A stretch of 64,000 bases of DNA. It comes from Antechinus flavipes. Taxonomy: Eukaryota. Numbering within the stretch: position 1 is the stretch's first letter; every line of letters begins with the position of its first letter. Made by a program: the position numbers and the translations under genes. Shown here piece by piece: positions 58,416 to 64,000 of this stretch. Under the pieces are notes generated by a model. The model was not told where the DNA came from. It saw nothing but the letters and a program-made list of their open reading frames with translations, and searched no databases. Where the stretch lies: contig NC_067399.1 of assembly GCF_016432865.1 (NCBI RefSeq), forward strand, positions 1,922,001 through 1,986,000, written 5' to 3'.

Positions 58416-61400
58416 CTGCTCGCATTCTGACAGAAGTGGCCCTTGTCAACGGAAAAGGATTTTGGGAAAAAGGATCTTTGGGCGCCTGTGACGAGCGCGT
58501 GGCTTTTATCATTTTTGCTGAGTTTCCGTTTGAATGTGTGTTGGCTGAGTGGGGTCGGGGGGTGATGAGCGGGGTCAGTGTGGCGCCCTTCCTTGCTTGC
58601 GTGGTGTCTCCAGTGAACACAGTAGGGCCTCAGCGCAGTTCCTGACCTTGAAGGAGCCTGGCGGTTCAGGGGCCGCAGGGGCCTTGGAGGGGAGAGGAGG
58701 AGGGGGTTACTAAGGCCCCGAGGCAGGAGGAGCCTTCTCACTTGGCCAAGCCAGGACCCCTGAGGGTCAGAGCCTGGGGTCAAGGGGTCCAACGAGGGGG
58801 CTCCCGGGCAGGAGGGACAAGCAGGAATGGCTGCTGAGGACTCCTGGGTGGATGGGGGGGGTCAGACGACGCCCGGCTTTGGGTGGGAAGGGGAGAGTCC
58901 TCTCCAGGAGGGTCGGGTCAGAGCCACCACCTCGGGCAGGGAGAGGGTGTGAGGCCTCCGAGACTGGCAGGGCGGGAAGATCTGAGGGGACCCTGTGTGG
59001 GTGCGGTCACCCTGGGAGAGTGCCGGGGGCCTGAGGCAGAGCTGGGAGGAGCCTGAGGAGTAACTGGTCAGACGGGTGAGGCCGCCGGGAAAGGGGGGTC
59101 AGCGCTGACAGGGGTGGCTGAGGGGGGACGGGGGAGCCCAGACGTGTTGGGACAGGGAGGCAGGTGGCTGAGAAGCAGGGGGGGCAGGGCTGTGGAACCC
59201 AGGGGATTGGCTGAGGGTGGGAGGGGGGCCAGAGGGGCCGGGGGCAGGGGTGGACTGGAGGTGGGAAGGGGGAGCGGTGGGCCCTGGCAGGTCAGCTCTA
59301 TATCAGGCACCATAGGAAGGGAAGAGGGTGTCTGTCCCCAGCAAAGGCAGGGACCGGGAACAGGCTCTGGGGGAAAGGAGACAGAAAGGTGGGGGGCCCA
59401 GCCTCTTTGTGGCCGGGGCTGGGAACACACCCGGGGCGTCAGAGACCGAGAGCTGGGGCCGGAAGGGAGAGCAGCAGGCCTCGAGGTGCGCCAGGAGGAG
59501 AGAGGTCCTCGCACCGGGAGGGCCTGCGGCGCCCTCGGGCCCTGGAAGAACCGGCCGAATGGCAGGCCTCGAGGAGGGGTCCTTGCAAGGCACCGACACG
59601 CAGGGCCCTCGAGGGCAGGGGCTTCCCGGCTCCCCACTTTTCCTGTTAGCACGGGGCGCACGGGGGTGCTGGGGTGTGTGACCCCGGTTTTAGCCAAGAG
59701 CTGGGGGAGGAGGGATTCAAGCTCGGCAACTGGCCAGCATCCTCCCCGCCCCTTTCTGGAGAGCACCCCCGTGTGGGCCGCTGGGAGGGTCCCGTCCGGT
59801 GAGGTCCCCCAGGGCTGGGGGCTCGTTCCGTCTGCGGGAGGCGCCCGTCAGGCCCCAGAGAGCGGCACGGGAGGAATCCCTGCCACGTCATGCTTTGCTT
59901 TTGCTCCTCCCTTTCCATTGTGTCAGGTGGCACAATGGGGTCTGTGCCCCCTTTGGGGTCTTCTTGGCAGAGCTCCTGAAGCTCCTCAGCCCCTTTTATA
60001 GATGAGGAAACCGAGGCAGCTGGGGTGAAGCCCCGTGGCTGGTCAGGGAGGCCCAGCTTGAACTTGGGCACAGAATTCCATCCACTCGCTGCCCAGATCT
60101 GCGGTGGACAGGCCAAGGGGGCCAGATAGGACGAGGGAGTGACCCTGGCCTCCGCCCCTGCCCGACTTCTGGAGGGTGACGCTGGGCGGCCGGCAGGGCC
60201 CGGAGGAAGGACCTGGGGGCGTCTGCAGGATCCTTCTGTGGCAGGGCCGGCCTCCCGGGGCGTCGGGCCCAGGCCGGATGATCTTCGGTGGGGACGAGAG
60301 GGGCGGCCGTGGGTCTCGAGCCTGTGGAGGGTCAGTGAGAACATAGCTCATCTCTGACCAGAGGTTCTGCGGGTATGTTTTTGTAACTGGGGTCTTCCTC
60401 CTGGTAACCCTGGGGGAGCCTATGATGCAGGGCGGCCAGGGGGCACAGGGGGCAGGGGCAGCTCTGGTCTCCCTCCCTCTCGTGCATCGCTGTGGGTGTG
60501 CGCAGGGAGCAGGGACACGGTGGGCATTTTGGCTGGGCTGCCGAGGGAGGGGGGAGAAGGGACCCGCTGGGGCTGCAAGATGGGGAGGGCTTCAGGAGCG
60601 CCCGGGACACAGAGGGAGAAGACCCCCACAGTCAGATAGGCCCTTAGAGGAGGTGTGGGTCAGATGGCCCAAGAGGGAGCTGAGGGCTGGCTGCGGCAAA
60701 AGCCCCACGGAGGCTGGGGGGCCCCGAAGGCCGAGAGCGGGGGCTTCCTGAGCGCTCCCTCCTGGCGCCCCTGGCAGGGCAGGTGCAGCTGGTTTGTCCG
60801 GGCCCGGTCTTGGCAGCTGCCCTTGGCAACTGCCCCGACCTGTTTTTAGCTGGCGTTTCAAGCCCTTCCAGGACTCTGGGCTGGGAGTGTTCTGTGGTTT
60901 ATCACGTAGAAACTGTGGCTGTAGAAGCTCTCAAGGGGAGGCCTCAGGCCGGGGCTTCAGGACCCCAGCCCCAGGGCCCGAGGGCCGCAGAATGTCACAA
61001 AGGGGGCGCTGGGGGGCGCGGCGCAGCCATCACTGAGCGTTTGTGCGTGTTCTCTGCAGGGGAGACGTCGGGCCCCTCGGGTCCGAGCAGTGGCTCTTTG
61101 TGCTTTGTCCGGGGTGCGCGGAGGGGGGATTGTGGGTGGGAAGTGACTAGACTCCTCTGACTAGTGAGGGAGAGCCAGTGGTAGGGCTGGGGGGGCCATC
61201 TGCGGGCCGTCATGGGATTCACCTTCCAGCTCCCATGAAAAGGGCCCTCCGCTCCAGGAGAAGGGGGCTGCAGGTCCCCCTGGATGAGGGGTCTGGCAGG
61301 ACCTTAGGAGGATGACCTTGAGAGGGGTTCTGGGAGGAGGCGGGACCCGAGGCAGAGTTTGGGTGTCTGGGAGTTGCCCGAGTGCGCACGCCTCCTGCTG

Positions 61401-62994
61401 GGAGCCTCCTGGGGCTCTCCCTGGTTGGTGAGCCTTCTTCGGGAAGTTAACTCTCCTTTTAAAACAACGGGCTCCCTTGGGTCCGCCTGATGTTTCCACG
61501 CGGTGACTTTGGGAGGACACAGACCCTGGCGACTGGGCCCTTTGTGGACAGACAGTGGAGTTCTGGGATGGGCGAGTGAGGGGATCAGACTGTCCCTAGC
61601 GACCTGCCACGAGGAGTGACGTTCTGGATTCCGCCTAGCCCCCTCCCTTCGGTGGTGTCCTCTTCACTCGGGTCTCCCCTTTAGAACGTCAGCACCTTGG
61701 GGTCGCAGACCCGTCTCTTTGGCTCCCTTTTGTGTGGGGGTGAGGGACGGCCTGCAGGAAGTGCTTTGTGGACACTTGGGGCTCGGCTCCTGGTCTCTTA
61801 GCCCTCCCAAGATGGGGCGGAGGGGGCGGGGTCTTGGTTAAGCCCCGTTTCGGCGGGACCACTTTCTGGTGCTCCCTGCCGGTTCTTGGCTTTTGGTTAC
61901 CGGGTTTCCCGGGAGCCTCGGTTCTAGTTCTCCCTCGGCTGGTCGCCTCTTTGTTCTTTAACCGGCGCTGGCGGCTTTGATGCCGGCCACTTTATAGTCT
62001 GGCCTGAAGTCTGGGCCGGCCTTTTATCCCCGGCCTGCGTCACTTGGAGTGATCTCTTAGAGTTCGTTTCATCTTAGCAAGATCTGCACGGCCCCCCCTC
62101 TGTAATTGGGCAACGCGCTAGTAAAAGCTGCGCTAATTGTGAGAAGGCGGTGGTTTGTGCTGAGTACGCTCCTTTCAGTCGGGAGCACCGAGCGTCCTTC
62201 CCGATCTGTCGTTACCGTTGGCTGTTTCTTTAAGGAACGCTTTATAATTGGATCCCAGCGTGTGTGCTTTGGGAGGTTGTACCCCGATATTTTATGCATT
62301 TTGTAGTTAATTGGGTGCGATTTCCCTTCCTATTGTCGCCTCTTAGGTTTTGTTGATATAAAAATGGATTTGATTTTTGAGGATTATTGTGGCCTGTGAC
62401 ACTGATTAATTATGTCAACTATCCTGTTTGCTGATTCCCTGGGACTTTCTAATGTTTAACATTCATTTTTCTAGTGCAGTTTCCTAATTTTCTCACGGTG
62501 CCAGCAAACAGAAATCGCTGGTCTCTGTAGCTTGTCTTCATGCCTTTACTTTGTCTCTCATCTTGTTGTTGTTTCCCAAACTCCATTCGGCAAGAACCGG
62601 GGAATGGAGCTGGGTGGGAGGCAGGGCTAGTGCAATGCGCACGCCTCCTCATTCACCCCAGCATTTATCGGGTGCGCGGACGGTGATCGCATTTACACAC
62701 TTTTGATGTTTTAAAATGTCCCCGTTTGATTCTCACGGACGGTTTTTAGCATTGATAAATGACGTGTTTTGTCCAAGGCTTCTTTTGAGCTACCATCATG
62801 GGTCGGGGCCCCGGGGACGCTGCGAACACGTACGAAGCTGGAAGTAACAGATAGGGCCGGTAGAAATTATGGTCAGTTTGGAGAGCACAAACCAAAGACA
62901 CAGATGGAGAGTTAATGAGTGGGTCTGAGGAGAGGAGAAGGAGAGAAACGGGAACAAAGCGGGCGGAAACATGATGATGAAACAACTCAAAATT

Positions 62995-63115
62995 TCTGGG
63001 ACAGAGCCCCAGGAGGACCTGAGATCAAATCTGGCCTCAGACACAGAACACTTCTTAGCTGTGGGACTCTGGGCAAGTCACTTAGCCCCAATTGCCTCAA
63101 CAGGAAAAAAAAGTT
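62995..63115 (+). mobile_element. CORE-SINE (marsupial type)
   Basis: ggaggacctgagatcaaatctggcctcagacac...gggcaagtcacttagccccaattgcctc followed by an A tail. Confidence 0.75.
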
Positions 63116-63149
63116 CTGGGACGGACCTATAGCAATTCTCGGGGATTAA

Positions 63150-63600
63150 AAAAGTTCAAATTTGTTTTATTTTTGGCTCTGCGCTTCCTGTCTCTCCTTC
63201 CTCTCTACGGAAAACAACAATAACAGAGTGAAAAACCAAACCCCAAGAGAAATATGTGTGGTCCATCAAAGGCCTTCCCGCCGACGGGTCCAGAACAAGG
63301 CTTCCGGTGTCTGGGGGAGGGCGCGGGACTCTCGGTGAGCCCCTGCTGCTGCGCCAGGCCTTCGGGCCGGCCGGATTTCCCAAGGCTCTCCCTGTGCTCT
63401 TCTTTTTAAAAACGGCCCTGGCCAGAATGGAAAAGGACAAGATGAATAAACTGAATATTCTCTGACAAGGCCAGAATACCCCCCAAAAGCTCTTAAATGA
63501 ATCAGATGAAAATGGGGGTTACACATGGGAGGAGAAATGAGGGAGCAAAACGAAGGAGACTCTGGAAATCGTTAATAAAAGGAAAGCTGCCTCTTTAAGA
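63150..63600 (-). mobile_element. Probable old L1 3'UTR fragment
   Basis: Resembles an antisense marsupial L1 3' end (aacaataacagagtgaaaaaccaaacccc..aaatatgtgtggtc); by eye only. Confidence 0.35.
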
Positions 63601-64000
63601 AGCCATTCTGCCAGAAGAGACAGGGAAGTCATGGCACTACGCTGGGAAGCGGGGGGATCTCGGGGCTCAGGCTGGCGGCTTCCCTGGAACTCCCAAGGGA
63701 GCGCACTTTCTTTCCTTCCTGACTCCTTCCCCCGCACCCGGGCACCTGGCTTGGGGCCAGCTTTGGCTATCTCTCCGTCCCGGAACTGGGTTCCTGCTGG
63801 GGTGGGGGGTTGTGCCCCTCACCCACTGGTGCTTCTTGAGGTTTCTGGGAGGAGGGCTAGTCCCGGTCCTTTGGGGTGGATCGTCGCGTCCAGAAGCACT
63901 ACGGGAAGGCCCCCCTTCTGATAGGCTGAACTGGACTCTTTGGTTTCTTATCCAGAGTGCCAAGGGGGTTGGACTGGAGGCCGCCCTGCCCCTCCTCCCC

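Noticed and set aside
50078-64000. ATAD2B exon 2 or another coding exon in the last 14 kb
   Set aside because: No peptide resembling the recalled KVEVDGSLSDSHVSPPAKR exon was found in any frame; the region appears to be intron 1.

Overview
GC-rich window from a mammal, most likely a marsupial (marsupial-type L1, RTE LINE, tRNA/CORE SINEs and an ERV2-type LTR). It carries the syntenic block WDCP(+) / MFSD2B(-) / UBXN2A(-) / ATAD2B(+, exon 1 only). Complete GT-AG, phase-consistent models were built by hand: WDCP 718 aa, MFSD2B 517 aa in 14 coding exons, UBXN2A 257 aa. Gene names rest on my recollection of the human proteins, not on a search. The rest is L1, L2, RTE, MIR/SINE and hAT relics plus many tandem repeats. 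The most unusual object is a 1.3-kb betaretrovirus-like insertion in ATAD2B intron 1 (53048-54356). It has a perfect 6-bp target-site duplication, but both ends are U3 ends in inverted orientation. The left arm is U3-R-U5-PBS(Lys), followed by an inverted gag 5' piece and a SINE head. This suggests an integrase-inserted aberrant reverse-transcription product. Most long ORFs in the supplied track are antisense shadows or repeat artefacts. TE boundaries are approximate unless a TSD is quoted.
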